64,000 nucleotides of DNA. It comes from a virus. Its lineage: Duplodnaviria; Caudoviricetes. Numbering within the stretch: the first letter of the stretch is position 1; every line of letters starts with the position of its first letter. The notes beneath the pieces are model-generated. The model was not told where the DNA came from. It ran no database searches and saw nothing but the letters and a program-made list of their open reading frames with translations. Below are positions 48,606-59,255 of the stretch, in pieces. The DNA is taken from IMG/VR virus record IMGVR_UViG_3300028603_000017, positions 1 through 64,000 of that record; one strand, 5' to 3'. Both the position numbers and the translations under genes were made by a program.

Positions 48606-49709
48606 ATGGATCCCATTGCTACGTCACAGACCGCTGGTGCTGTACTCAATACAATTAAAGACGTTGTCAAATATGCAGTTAAGGCATCAGGCAATGTAGC
48701 ATACACCGATGTGTCTAAATCTCTAAGAGTTGAGCCTATCGTTATCATCTCTCAGGATTTAACCAATACTGAATTCATGCCTGATGTGATGCAGTCAGTG
48801 CAAAATCTATTTGTAGGTTATTATCTACAGGCTATTTCTTTGATTGGTAATATCAATACTGTTAAAGCTATTAAAGTATTAGATAAACTCAATCCTAATT
48901 CAAGTGTAGTTAATAGATCTTGGATGTATGGTTTTGAAAACTATAAGTTTAAACTGCCTAGTGTTAAAGTTCCTCAAGTAACTCTAGAGTCTTTTGGTAA
49001 TGAAAATTATACCGCTAAAGTATTTGAGAAAGATATCAATACTCGTATCAATGAAAATGCTTCGTTGTCTGTAGGTAAGATCTTTAACGTTAGTTTAAAA
49101 GTACCTATTAATGCCGATAAGGTAGAAGATGTAACTGTACCTGTGAGTGTTAGACTCATGGTAAATCAAGTCAGTGAAAAAGCTATTGTTTCTATGCTGA
49201 CGATGATGAGTCGTGATACGACTTTCAAAGAAAGATGGCATGCTTACCGAGCCGGTAAGATTTCTTTCATCAAAGATTTGGTGTTGTGCAATGATCTGAT
49301 TAAAGACGCTAAGCGAGTCATGCAAAATGATAAGGACGGCGTTATTACTCAGATCTTCCAAAGATCTACCAACAGTAAGCTCAACTCTTTATTTGGCTCT
49401 AGCGGTCTTAATCTGGCCAGTGCTACAAACATATATGTCATTAGTAAAGAAGTGGCAGACGCTATTGAAGCTAAACTCACTAGCAAGTTGTCTAATTTTA
49501 AAACAAGAGAAGAACTGCTCAAGAGTGGTTATTGCATGATTTTGGCTGTGGTAGATAAAACGTGGGAGCGTGTTACTTTCTATCATAGAGGCATTGCTGC
49601 TAGCTCTAGTGTTGGTATCAAAGATATCAAAGCCAGCAACAAAGGCAATGGTCCCGATGTTACTGAGATCATGAAAGCTATTTTGATCGGTAATCAACCT
49701 CCTATTTGA
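48606..49709 (+). CDS. Virion head protein (phiKZ gp89-like)
   Basis: RVEP, YYLQAI, LDKLNP, LSVGK, ERWH..RAG.I.F..DL; TLE/S site; synteny. Confidence 0.65.
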   Translation: MDPIATSQTAGAVLNTIKDVVKYAVKASGNVAYTDVSKSLRVEPIVIISQDLTNTEFMPDVMQSVQNLFVGYYLQAISLIGNINTVKAIKVLDKLNPNSSVVNRSWMYGFENYKFKLPSVKVPQVTLESFGNENYTAKVFEKDINTRINENASLSVGKIFNVSLKVPINADKVEDVTVPVSVRLMVNQVSEKAIVSMLTMMSRDTTFKERWHAYRAGKISFIKDLVLCNDLIKDAKRVMQNDKDGVITQIFQRSTNSKLNSLFGSSGLNLASATNIYVISKEVADAIEAKLTSKLSNFKTREELLKSGYCMILAVVDKTWERVTFYHRGIAASSSVGIKDIKASNKGNGPDVTEIMKAILIGNQPPI

Positions 49710-49721
49710 TCATCAACATAC

Positions 49722-49759
49722 TCCGAGTATAGATAGCTCAACAGCTATCTATACTCGGA
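49722..49759. terminator. Intergenic palindrome H17
   Basis: acatac-tccgagtatagatagct-caac-agctatctatactcgga. Confidence 0.75.
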
Positions 49760-49802
49760 TGATATCGCTATTTTTTCTTTTGTTTTATTGTTCATTATAA
49801 TC

Positions 49803-50705
49803 ATGGCTACATTATTCGATTATCTCAAGTCACTGCTGCCTAAGTTTGGTAAGGACAAAGTAGCAGAATTAGCTCGTCAAACACAAAACGAGTTAACCAG
49901 CTTTGTTATCCCTAGCTATATTGAAGCTGAAAAGGGTTTAGGCGCTAGAGCTTTTAAAGCTCCTAAGATTCTAGAGCTGACCAATATCCTTAAGCGTAAT
50001 GTTAAGGTAGATAAGCCTAACGATAATATTATCAGCATTATTCGAAAGAAGCTAGAGCAGATCTCTAAGAATAACCAAATCATAGAAAGTCATATTGTTG
50101 AGTCTTTAGAAGATGATGTGGTTATTGCTGGTGTTACTATTCTTAAAGTAAACCTACTGCGTTTGATTGAAACCACTAACTTCGTTGCTCGTTATTCCAG
50201 TAAGCTGCTAAACTATATCTATATTTTAGAAACTGCTGCTGTGGGTGGCGATATGCGCTATATCCAAGACTCTTTATCTAAGGGTGAGATTATTTGGCTA
50301 GAGGAAAGATTTCTAGATTATGCTGTAGCTTTAGGGATTTTGTCTCGTACTGATAGAGAAATATCATCTATACTGAATTCTTTACCTGAAGCTGTTGTAG
50401 AAGGCTCTAGCTCTAATGCTGCATTAGCTACCATGGGTGAGACTAAGTTTGATCCCTTTGGCTTTAGACGTTTGAGTGGATTTACTTATAATCCTATTTT
50501 TCATCTTCGTTTAATAGCAGCTAATTATCAAGCCAATAAGTACAAAGAGCAAAAAGAGCTCAAAACTATTTTGCAGCTGCGTCTTTTAAATCTGAAGAAT
50601 TCACAAACAGGTACTCCTAATCCTAAATTAGAGAGAGAAATAGAATATGTTCAACGCCGTATTGATCGCATAAGTGACGATATTCGTCGTGCTGAGCAAG
50701 AGTAA
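49803..50705 (+). CDS. Virion head protein (phiKZ gp90-like)
   Basis: SLLPKFGK N-terminus, NPIFH, LQLRLL.L...P.LE.EIEY; synteny. Confidence 0.65.
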   Translation: MATLFDYLKSLLPKFGKDKVAELARQTQNELTSFVIPSYIEAEKGLGARAFKAPKILELTNILKRNVKVDKPNDNIISIIRKKLEQISKNNQIIESHIVESLEDDVVIAGVTILKVNLLRLIETTNFVARYSSKLLNYIYILETAAVGGDMRYIQDSLSKGEIIWLEERFLDYAVALGILSRTDREISSILNSLPEAVVEGSSSNAALATMGETKFDPFGFRRLSGFTYNPIFHLRLIAANYQANKYKEQKELKTILQLRLLNLKNSQTGTPNPKLEREIEYVQRRIDRISDDIRRAEQE

Positions 50706-50742
50706 TCTTGAGAAAATCAATATCAGCAGTGAAAGGCGCATA

Positions 50743-51345
50743 ATGAACATTCAAAAACAAGTTGTTATCTATCCTCAAGGCTTTGCAGGTTTCGATATAG
50801 GGTTACCTATTCGAGTCATCAAACCGTCTCCTTCTGAAGTATTTAACTCTTTACTATACAAAACAGATATAGCCAAAACATCTAAAGCAGTAGTATCTAA
50901 CTTAGCTATTGAGAAGATGTGGAAAGAGTTAATTGGTGCTAATCGATTTACCTCTAGTTTTAACTTTAGAGAAGAGATACTGGTGGCAGCGCTGAACGCC
51001 TTTGGTACTGATAACTTTTTAGCTTGGTTTCAATTGCAGGCTAAGAATCCGTATTTAGGTCCTAACCATATTCGATTTATCAATGATACACTTAACTTTA
51101 TCAGTGGTAAAAAGAGAGCTTTGAATATTCAGTATTGGTTAGCATTACTCTCAGAGCAAGGTAGCTCCAGCAGTGAATCTGTTAATATTCAAGCTGAAGA
51201 ATTCTTTAGTACCAACAAGCCTTTACATATGAGACAACCTGTAGATCTTAAACACAATTTGATCAAATGGGTTAGTCAGCCTGGTGGATATGAGGATCTG
51301 CTAGGTACTTTACATGTGTTCTTTGGTGATTCTGACGCTACTTAA
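50743..51345 (+). CDS. Conserved virion-block protein
   Basis: YPQGF, AFGT.NF..W, KWVSQPGG..DL; synteny. Confidence 0.6.
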   Translation: MNIQKQVVIYPQGFAGFDIGLPIRVIKPSPSEVFNSLLYKTDIAKTSKAVVSNLAIEKMWKELIGANRFTSSFNFREEILVAALNAFGTDNFLAWFQLQAKNPYLGPNHIRFINDTLNFISGKKRALNIQYWLALLSEQGSSSSESVNIQAEEFFSTNKPLHMRQPVDLKHNLIKWVSQPGGYEDLLGTLHVFFGDSDAT

Positions 51346-51356
51346 GGAGAGCATTG

Positions 51357-52994
51357 ATGTTAAGCGTTAATAGGAAACTTAAAAGAGCGTTTGAAGATCT
51401 CAATATTGAAGTTGCTGTAGATAAGTTCAATAACAAACCACCTGAGGGTAGTTTAGATGCTATCATTGAAGATGTTGAGCAAAACGTGGAAGTCGCTAAA
51501 GCCAACGAAGAAAATGCTAGTCAAGACACTGACAAAAGCTTGCCAGATCTTGGTGACGATAATAGTAGCGACGATAATGTTGATTCTCCTGCTGATAGCG
51601 GCGATAGCGTAAGTGACAGTGATGAGCAATCAGCTGAAACTACCACCGAAACAACTGAAAAATCACAAGAGACTAAAGAAGATAAGCAAGAATCTGATAA
51701 AGATTCTGACGATGATTTAGATTCTCCTAAAGGTGATAATGCTAGCGATCAAGCTCAGACAGCTGGTGACAAAGCTGATGAAGCTGAATCTACTGCTGCT
51801 GCATTAGAAGAAATTGCTGAGATACTAGAGCAATCAGCTGAGATAGGTGGACTAGATCCACAATCAGCTGATATTGTTAGTGTGTCAGTTAATGCGGTCA
51901 CCAATCCTTTAGGAGTAGCTGTTGAGAGTATTGATCCTCAATTATTCAATAGTTACTCTAAACGATATAAGTATACATTAGAAGCTATTGATGATATTAA
52001 GCAAAAAGCCAAAGATATTGGTATTAAGATTATTGAATTCATCAAAAAGATGATGCGTTTGATAAAAGAAGCTTATCGTTTTTATAAGTCAGAGCTCTTT
52101 GCTGAAAAAGCAAAGTATGATGCTATTAAGAATGTATACTCTAGTGGCGGATTAAAAGTTGAGGCTTACAACGATAAACTTCAAGGTGTATTGTCTAATA
52201 TTTTACTTACTGGTAAAGACAATAGCTCTGACGCTGTTATTACAGCCGTTGAAGGCACGCACCATGTTTTGCTTAACTATATTAATGCTTATCGTAAGGA
52301 TTTAACAACTGCTGTAGCTGCATTTGATGATCTCAAAGAAAAAGTATTTAATATAGATTTAGCTGACGAGAGTAATGAGCTGCAAAGATTCAAAAGAGAA
52401 GATCTGGCACAATTTGGTCAATTCTTTGGTATTCATTTGACAGGTCAATTCAATCAAGTCAAATCTGTTAAAGAGATTCAAAAACCCTCAGACACGATTG
52501 CTGTATTTGAATCTCCTATTCTATCTGGTCAATACAGATACGTGGTATTTACAGCCAATAAAGCCAATATTAATACTGACGATATCCTAAAATCACAAGT
52601 TAAGTTGATGGCTGTAGGAGAGCCAGTTGAAGTACCTGATGAAATAGCTGTATGTGAATATACTGACTTTAGACAACTGTTCCAAGTTATTGATCAAATG
52701 TTTATTCTCAACAGAAGAATTGGTGAGTCTGTAGATTATGCTGAAAAAGAATTGGCTAAACTACTAGATTATGCTGAGGCTTTTAATGGTAGAATTAACA
52801 AAATGATCTCTAATAAACTAGAGAAAATGGGTTCAGAAACCAATCAACTCCATGGTCAACAGCTATTTAATAGTCTAGTAAATACTGTCAGAAGATTCTA
52901 TATTGAACCTATTGAGCAGACTCTGAGGTACTCTAATCGCTTTACAAAAGCTATGATTTCTTACGCTGGTCAATCTATAAAGCAATATCAATAA
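51357..52994 (+). CDS. Internal head protein (phiKZ gp93-97-like paralog family)
   Basis: Acidic propeptide, ALEEIA..LE.S...GGLD, AVE/S and TLE/A sites. Confidence 0.75.
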   Translation: MLSVNRKLKRAFEDLNIEVAVDKFNNKPPEGSLDAIIEDVEQNVEVAKANEENASQDTDKSLPDLGDDNSSDDNVDSPADSGDSVSDSDEQSAETTTETTEKSQETKEDKQESDKDSDDDLDSPKGDNASDQAQTAGDKADEAESTAAALEEIAEILEQSAEIGGLDPQSADIVSVSVNAVTNPLGVAVESIDPQLFNSYSKRYKYTLEAIDDIKQKAKDIGIKIIEFIKKMMRLIKEAYRFYKSELFAEKAKYDAIKNVYSSGGLKVEAYNDKLQGVLSNILLTGKDNSSDAVITAVEGTHHVLLNYINAYRKDLTTAVAAFDDLKEKVFNIDLADESNELQRFKREDLAQFGQFFGIHLTGQFNQVKSVKEIQKPSDTIAVFESPILSGQYRYVVFTANKANINTDDILKSQVKLMAVGEPVEVPDEIAVCEYTDFRQLFQVIDQMFILNRRIGESVDYAEKELAKLLDYAEAFNGRINKMISNKLEKMGSETNQLHGQQLFNSLVNTVRRFYIEPIEQTLRYSNRFTKAMISYAGQSIKQYQ

Positions 52995-53072
52995 TCTTAA
53001 ATATTTTGAGGGTAACAATATAGCCTTCAAAAAAGTACTTTTTTAAATGTTATTTAACTCAAGGATAATAAA

Positions 53073-54479
53073 ATGAGTTTTGCTAAACGATTTGGTATTG
53101 TAGCTGCCATGGAAGAGCTGCAAGAACAAGAAGCTGCTGCTGGTGCTGCAGCGCCTGAAGCTACTGGTGACGATACTCCTAGTGAAGAAGTCGATATTCC
53201 TGTTGCTGAGGACACTGTTGAAACGGCTGCTGCTGAAGTTGATATGGCTGAAAGCGATGTTGATGCAGCTGATGAAACCATTGCTGATGCTGAAAGTGAT
53301 CTAAGTACCCTTGATGGTATTGCTGATAAGCTAGAAGCTACTGAAGAAAACGGCGGTATCGACGCAGGCTCTGCTGCTATTGTTGAAGTGGCTGTTGAGC
53401 ATCTGTATCAAAAGCTGGGTGTTATTCGCGCTAAGGCTATGCCTGCATTAGAATCTTTTGGTGCCGATAGCTCACGCCTGAAGGCTACCCGCATTGCTGT
53501 CGAAGACATTCGTGAAAATGCCAAGAAGATTTGGGACGCTATTTTGCGTATGGTGGAAAAGGCTAAAGAATTTATCACCAAGTTCTTTAAAGCTATCTTC
53601 ACTGCCACTGGTCGTATTAAGGAACGTGCTCTAAAGCTCAAGGAAGCTGCTAGTAAAATTCAAGGCGAAGCTTCTAGCCAAACCATTGAAAACGCTGGTT
53701 TTGCTCCTGCTCTAGCGGTTGGCAGCTCTGTTGATTATAGTAAAGTAAATGCGTTCTTCTCGCACGGTGGTTTTTACAAAGCTGAACTAGATAAGTATGC
53801 TGATTTAGTTAACAACACTGAAAAGCTAGGTAAGGTTGCTGATGACTTTAAGAATGCTGTAGATTATTCTTTTGATCCTGCTTTGATCACCAGTATTGGT
53901 TTCAAGCCCAGCACTGAGTTTGGTGAAGCCGCCGAAGGCTTTACTTACTACAGTCTGTCTGACCTACCTGCTGTTGGCGGTAAGACGATTGCTGCATATG
54001 CTGTTAGTAAGGCTGTATCTGGTCAAGAAGCTCTAAAAGCTGTTTCACAATTCAAGGTAGAAGTCAAGGAAGTTGCAGATACATCAGAAGTTAACTCAGC
54101 TCCTACGCTGAAGATTTCTGAAGCACAAGCTTTGCTTGATTACATCATCAAAATCTGTGACACCACAGCTGAACTCAACGATGTTGTTAAGCAAATTGAT
54201 TCAACTTCAGACCTTATTATTCGTAGCGTTAAGAGCGCGCGTAATAAGGATATGATTGAGACTCTTAAGGCTGCTGATCGGGATGGTGCCAAAAGCGCTA
54301 GTGAAGATGTAGTTACTAAGTATGATGTTGCTAAAGATTTGATTAAAGCTTTACGCGCACAAAATGCTTTTATGACTAAACTCATTTCAGCTCCTGTGCG
54401 TCTGAATTTCAGCGCTGCTAGAGCAGCTACTGAATACGTAGGTCAATCACTGAAACTCTATAGTGCTAAAGCTGAATAA
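53073..54479 (+). CDS. Internal head protein (phiKZ gp93-97-like paralog family)
   Basis: Acidic propeptide, ENGGID, MPALE/SFG, IAVE/D then KIWDAI..K..F. Confidence 0.85.
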   Translation: MSFAKRFGIVAAMEELQEQEAAAGAAAPEATGDDTPSEEVDIPVAEDTVETAAAEVDMAESDVDAADETIADAESDLSTLDGIADKLEATEENGGIDAGSAAIVEVAVEHLYQKLGVIRAKAMPALESFGADSSRLKATRIAVEDIRENAKKIWDAILRMVEKAKEFITKFFKAIFTATGRIKERALKLKEAASKIQGEASSQTIENAGFAPALAVGSSVDYSKVNAFFSHGGFYKAELDKYADLVNNTEKLGKVADDFKNAVDYSFDPALITSIGFKPSTEFGEAAEGFTYYSLSDLPAVGGKTIAAYAVSKAVSGQEALKAVSQFKVEVKEVADTSEVNSAPTLKISEAQALLDYIIKICDTTAELNDVVKQIDSTSDLIIRSVKSARNKDMIETLKAADRDGAKSASEDVVTKYDVAKDLIKALRAQNAFMTKLISAPVRLNFSAARAATEYVGQSLKLYSAKAE

Positions 54480-54518
54480 AAAGCTCCTGAGGCAGCTGCT
54501 GCTTAAACTTTAAAACCT

Positions 54519-54553
54519 TAGATGAGGAGGAGGTAATGCCTCCTCCTCATCTA
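54519..54553. terminator. Intergenic palindrome H18
   Basis: tagatgaggaggagg-taatg-cctcctcctcatcta, then tttatgt. Confidence 0.75.
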
Positions 54554-54588
54554 TTTATGTTATTGATTTGATTGTTGGATTTATAAAA

Positions 54589-55944
54589 ATGGCTAAGAAA
54601 TTAATAATTGATCTAGAGAGTTTAAATGAAGATCCTAAGAAGGTCTTCGAAGATTCCGTGCATGAAGATCTCGCTGCCTTAATTGGTGAAGACGAATACG
54701 ATGACATGGAAGTAAAGGGCATGGAAATTGTCCTAGAGCAAATTGCTGAGGAGATTTCCACTGAACTGGCTGAAAATGATCGCGTAGCAGATATCGCTGA
54801 AAACCTAAGCGATGTAGCTGATGTATTAGAGAATTCTGGTAATGACCAGATTACTCCTACTGAAGCACAACTAATTGCTACCAGTGCCAATATGGCTGTA
54901 GCTGGCACCGATGGTGATGCCGCTGATATCGCACCTGCTCTAGAAGCCTTTAAAGATAAATCGTTAGCTATTGAACAACTTCGTATGAAGCAACAAGTAG
55001 CTATCGAGGGCATTATGGATAGCGTCAAGAATGTAGCGCAAAAGATAGGTTCTTATATTAAGGGTCTATTTAGTTTTGCTTATAAGATGGAAAACCGTAT
55101 TAAAGATTTAAAATCTAAAGTAGCAGAACTGGATTCTAAACCCAATAAAGAGATTACAACGAAACTAAACAAGTTTTATGCTCTTAAGAAAAATGAAAGT
55201 GAGTTCGTTGGTTCTGCTGAAGAATATAAATCGCTATTGACAAAAACTGTAACATTCTTTGATAGCTTTTCTACCTTAGTCATAAAGAGCGTAACTAACT
55301 TTACTAATAGTTATAAAAACTATTATAAAACGTTACCTGGTACTGACGCTACTTTTAAAGAAGCTTCTCGTCTTTATACTCTATATATGGATACCAGTAA
55401 AGAAATTGTAAATCTTCCTGGTATTAAAGAAATTCCTACCCGTGACTCCAAGGTTAAGAAGTATCGTTCTGAATACCTGCTTGGCGGTGCTGCTGTAGAT
55501 GCTCAGATTTATAAGGATGTTCCGGTTAGTGAAGAAAACATTCCTGAAATGAAGAACGCTGTAGATAATACCGGTGTTATGTTTAAGAAGTGGGATGCCA
55601 AAGATATCAGTAAGTCAAAAGATAAAACTATTGATTTCAAAGTCAATAAGAATTATCTAATCGACATTATTGCTCAAGCTGAAAAAGCTTTAGGAATCTT
55701 TAAAAGATTCTTAGATGGTGCTTACAAGTGGAATTCTGTTTTGTCAATTATGGATGACGATAAAATAGATTTTGCTACTAAATTTCTTAGTTTACATACT
55801 CAAATTGTAAACAAAGGAACTAATCACACGAATACCTACATTCGTTACGCCAGAGAGTATGCTAAAGTTTTGACTGATTATCCCTTGGATGTAGTTCAGA
55901 AACTAGTTAACGCAAAAGAGTGGGATAAAGCTGCGGCTGAATAA
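54589..55944 (+). CDS. Internal head protein (phiKZ gp93-97-like paralog family)
   Basis: ANMAVAGTD, PALE/AF, VAIE/GI. Confidence 0.8.
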   Translation: MAKKLIIDLESLNEDPKKVFEDSVHEDLAALIGEDEYDDMEVKGMEIVLEQIAEEISTELAENDRVADIAENLSDVADVLENSGNDQITPTEAQLIATSANMAVAGTDGDAADIAPALEAFKDKSLAIEQLRMKQQVAIEGIMDSVKNVAQKIGSYIKGLFSFAYKMENRIKDLKSKVAELDSKPNKEITTKLNKFYALKKNESEFVGSAEEYKSLLTKTVTFFDSFSTLVIKSVTNFTNSYKNYYKTLPGTDATFKEASRLYTLYMDTSKEIVNLPGIKEIPTRDSKVKKYRSEYLLGGAAVDAQIYKDVPVSEENIPEMKNAVDNTGVMFKKWDAKDISKSKDKTIDFKVNKNYLIDIIAQAEKALGIFKRFLDGAYKWNSVLSIMDDDKIDFATKFLSLHTQIVNKGTNHTNTYIRYAREYAKVLTDYPLDVVQKLVNAKEWDKAAAE

Positions 55945-55954
55945 GTGAACATAG

Positions 55955-55988
55955 TGCTAGATAGAGACCGTGTGGTCTCTATCTAGCA
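55955..55988. terminator. Intergenic palindrome H19
   Basis: acatag-tgctagatagagacc-gtgt-ggtctctatctagca-tg-tatg. Confidence 0.75.
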
Positions 55989-56030
55989 TGTATGTTGTTA
56001 ATTTAATTAGTTATCTTATTAGGGATTAAA

Positions 56031-56222
56031 GTGAGTTTCTCCAAAAGATTTAAATTAGATTTTGGTTTATAGGGAAGAATAAAGTCAAACAATCGTCTTG
56101 TTAAGAACAACATTTTTGCCAATGTAAATACAAGCGATATAGACAAAGAAGTAATAGAATACAGAACAATTATAAATTCTAACTTAGAACAGTTAGCAAA
56201 ATACTACATTGAGACTAAATAG
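56031..56222 (+). pseudogene. Remnant of an internal head protein paralog (internal deletion)
   Basis: AGGGA + GTG, MSFSKRFKLDFGL* (compare MSFAKRF at 53073 and 63867), then a short coding-like tail ..KEVIEYRTIINSNLEQLAKYYIETK*. Confidence 0.6.
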
Positions 56223-56239
56223 TCTCAATGTAGTATTTT
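56198..56239. terminator. Palindrome H20
   Basis: aaaatactacattgagacta-aa-tagtctcaatgtagtatttt. Confidence 0.75.
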
Positions 56240-56301
56240 TGACGCTATAAATACAGAATCTAAAATTATGTGTTATCGGATCACTCTATAAAGGCAAGAG
56301 C

Positions 56302-57885
56302 ATGCCAAACATAAGCATAATGACGCCTGAGCTTAATAACGCAGTTATTAGGCCAGCTGTTAAAGATGTTATCGACCAACTAATAGAGATTACCAATATA
56401 CCAAAAGATACCAGAGTCCTCTATATTGACTATATCCAAGCAGGATATCAAAGAGGCTCTACCATGGCTCAACAAGCTGATAATGAGCATGATAGAACTG
56501 CTTTCCAATATGGTAATCAAATGGCTATTGATGTCGATATCAATTACGATGAAGGCAATATCTCATCGACAGCCATTAGACAAGCTGAACAAATACCTAT
56601 TTTCAATGATGATAAACTAGGTGTTATCATCAAACCTATTTATAGTAAAACCAATATCGCTATCAATGTCAGATATCGTTCATCTTCTCCTACTGAAGGT
56701 AAGAAATGGAGAGACGGTATTAGAATGAATATCTCTAACATGAGAGATATTAATCTGCACGATATTACTTACCACTTTGCTGTACCTGCTCAGTTTATCA
56801 ATATACTAAAAGAAATACATAGACTAAGAGAAGCTACAGATCCTTATAATCAAGATTTACAAACCTATCTAGCAGCTCACGCTACTACCAGGTTTACCAA
56901 TCTTTCTAATCAATCAGGTTCTCAACAATTACTAGCTATTGCTGAAAAGCAAATGAGAGTACAGGGTTTGTATGACTTTGAGATAGCTCCTGAAAAAGGA
57001 GAGCCTGATGATACCAATTCAGCTTGGATTACGACATTTACTTATAATGTTAGTTTTGATGTACCAATAGCAGTTAATATGCGCTATCCTATTATGGTGC
57101 ATAATCAATTGCTAGATGAACCTTTCATTACGTATGAAAATGAATCTTACGATATTGATAAAGTCAATAAAGCTTACAGCATGTCTTTAGGAGCATTTGC
57201 TCATTTTGATGTCACTAGACCAATTCAGCAATATAACGAACCTACCAAAATCATTAATGTGCCTGAATTTGATGACTTTCATTACACAGGTGTATTAAAA
57301 GGTACAATTCCATTGATGTCAGTATTGTGTTCTATTGAAGAGTCTGATAAGAAACAGTTGCTTAATTTAAAAGACTTAGGTGAATATGGTATTGACTCTG
57401 ATGTGATGGAGTTTTTAAAGGATGAATACTTTTATCTGACTAAGCCTTATAAATCAGTATTCTTTGTTTCTTTGTATAAGTTCTCTGGACAAGTACCTGA
57501 TAAAGAAATACTGGTCGATTCTGATTTGAATGTCAGATCAAGATTCTCTGATCTATCTTTTAGAATTAATCACAGAGTAGTCTTTTCTATTCTTAAAGAT
57601 CTAACATTCTTAGATAGAGAAGCTTTAATAAGACTGAAGAAACACAAAGCTGCGGCTATTAAAGTATTTAAAGCTTTACAAGTCAATAGAGGTATTCTTA
57701 ACCAAATAGCTCATCATGTTAACTTTAATTCATTTATGCCTGATTTAGCTGATACTGGTATGAGCTTACAGAGATTGCAAATGCAGTACTATCAAACAAA
57801 TACAGTTAATACCAGCTACGTTATCTCTTATAATTCTGTTAATAAAGAAGAGTTAACCAGCTACAAATTAAGGAAACCATTATAA
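56302..57885 (+). CDS. Virion structural protein (phiKZ gp98-like by position)
   Basis: 527 aa; YPIMVHNQ, P.FDDF, LLNL.DL; follows the head paralogs. Confidence 0.6.
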   Translation: MPNISIMTPELNNAVIRPAVKDVIDQLIEITNIPKDTRVLYIDYIQAGYQRGSTMAQQADNEHDRTAFQYGNQMAIDVDINYDEGNISSTAIRQAEQIPIFNDDKLGVIIKPIYSKTNIAINVRYRSSSPTEGKKWRDGIRMNISNMRDINLHDITYHFAVPAQFINILKEIHRLREATDPYNQDLQTYLAAHATTRFTNLSNQSGSQQLLAIAEKQMRVQGLYDFEIAPEKGEPDDTNSAWITTFTYNVSFDVPIAVNMRYPIMVHNQLLDEPFITYENESYDIDKVNKAYSMSLGAFAHFDVTRPIQQYNEPTKIINVPEFDDFHYTGVLKGTIPLMSVLCSIEESDKKQLLNLKDLGEYGIDSDVMEFLKDEYFYLTKPYKSVFFVSLYKFSGQVPDKEILVDSDLNVRSRFSDLSFRINHRVVFSILKDLTFLDREALIRLKKHKAAAIKVFKALQVNRGILNQIAHHVNFNSFMPDLADTGMSLQRLQMQYYQTNTVNTSYVISYNSVNKEELTSYKLRKPL

Positions 57886-59252
57886 TGGCTATCGTTACCA
57901 AGAAACCTACTGCATCTACTAGTTTACCTCCAAATCCTCCTAGGATACATTCTCAAAATGTAAAAGTAAACGTAGTAGATACCAAATACAATCCTGTATC
58001 GTCTTTAATCACCAGCATTGAAGGCAGTAAATGGATAGTCGATTATTACTCTCAGGTCATTGACAGAGATAACGCACTGTATGGTCAAGACATTGGTCAA
58101 TCAGGCGTATATCAGCAATACAAGCTTATCAAAGGCTTAGAGTTTAAAGTAGCTAACGAATTATCGACTTCTCAAGAAGATGAATCTAAAGCCATGATCG
58201 TACAGGGCTCAGCTCACGTACACTCCATGATTATTGCTAATCATGGAGATGTATTCATTGCTGATGTCGGGGATGGTCGAGCTGGTGTCTTTCAGATTAC
58301 AATGTCTGAAAAGAAATCGATGTATACTCAAGCGGTTTATTATGTTGAATATACATTACTGTATTTCGTAGATGCAGAAAAGACCAAGAAGAAAGACTTA
58401 GACGATAAAGTAGTAGAGACTTACTACTATCTAAAGGACTTCGTCAATTATGGACAAAATCCATTAGTTATTACGTCTGAGTATGAAGCTTTCTTAAAAC
58501 TCCATGACCTACAAGAAGATCTAATAGATGCTTATTTTAAATGGTTTTTCTCTGTAGAGAAAAAGACACTATTGGTACCAGGACAAACTCATTTGGTTTA
58601 TGATCACTTTATGACCAAGTTTGTACTGAGTTTAATAGACTCTATGGAACATAATAAGATACGTTATACCAGAATATATAACGTAGATGGCGATGCTTAT
58701 TTAGAAGAACCTACGATCTTAGACGCTATCATTAAGCGTGATAAGTATATGGTACCTATGCTCAATAGGAAAATGGGATTAGCCAGTAAGCTGGAGTTTA
58801 ATAATGATCCCATGATGGAAGGCTTTAGGTTTGCTAATATTCCTTTGATTGTCTATCCTAAAATAGAGCAACCCATATTTGAATCTGTTACACCTATTAG
58901 AGCTAAAACTATTACAGAGATAGCCTTACAAGATGTATCGACCAGAATAGGTGATTTAAATAGTATTTTACCTATTAACATAGCAGATACTTTAGATGCT
59001 CAATTACCAGATCTGCCTAATATTGTTCCTGTATTGCAAGACGATTGTTATATCTTTACCAATACCTTTTATGAGGGTCAAATGGTAAGCTCTCAATTAG
59101 AGTGGATTGTCCATAAATTTCTAAATGAAAAAATAGTCAATGCATCTGAAGTATTTGAAGTATCTAAGAACTTTATCAATTGGGGTGGTTTAGAGAGATT
59201 TTATTATATTCCTGTTATTATCGCTATGATAAAATACATATTCAGGAGTTAA
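57885..59252 (+). CDS. Virion structural/tail protein (phiKZ gp99-like by position)
   Basis: EGSKW.VDYYSQV, GDVFIADVGDGRAG.F, LERFYYIP. Confidence 0.65.
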   Translation: MAIVTKKPTASTSLPPNPPRIHSQNVKVNVVDTKYNPVSSLITSIEGSKWIVDYYSQVIDRDNALYGQDIGQSGVYQQYKLIKGLEFKVANELSTSQEDESKAMIVQGSAHVHSMIIANHGDVFIADVGDGRAGVFQITMSEKKSMYTQAVYYVEYTLLYFVDAEKTKKKDLDDKVVETYYYLKDFVNYGQNPLVITSEYEAFLKLHDLQEDLIDAYFKWFFSVEKKTLLVPGQTHLVYDHFMTKFVLSLIDSMEHNKIRYTRIYNVDGDAYLEEPTILDAIIKRDKYMVPMLNRKMGLASKLEFNNDPMMEGFRFANIPLIVYPKIEQPIFESVTPIRAKTITEIALQDVSTRIGDLNSILPINIADTLDAQLPDLPNIVPVLQDDCYIFTNTFYEGQMVSSQLEWIVHKFLNEKIVNASEVFEVSKNFINWGGLERFYYIPVIIAMIKYIFRS

Positions 59253-59255
59253 TAA

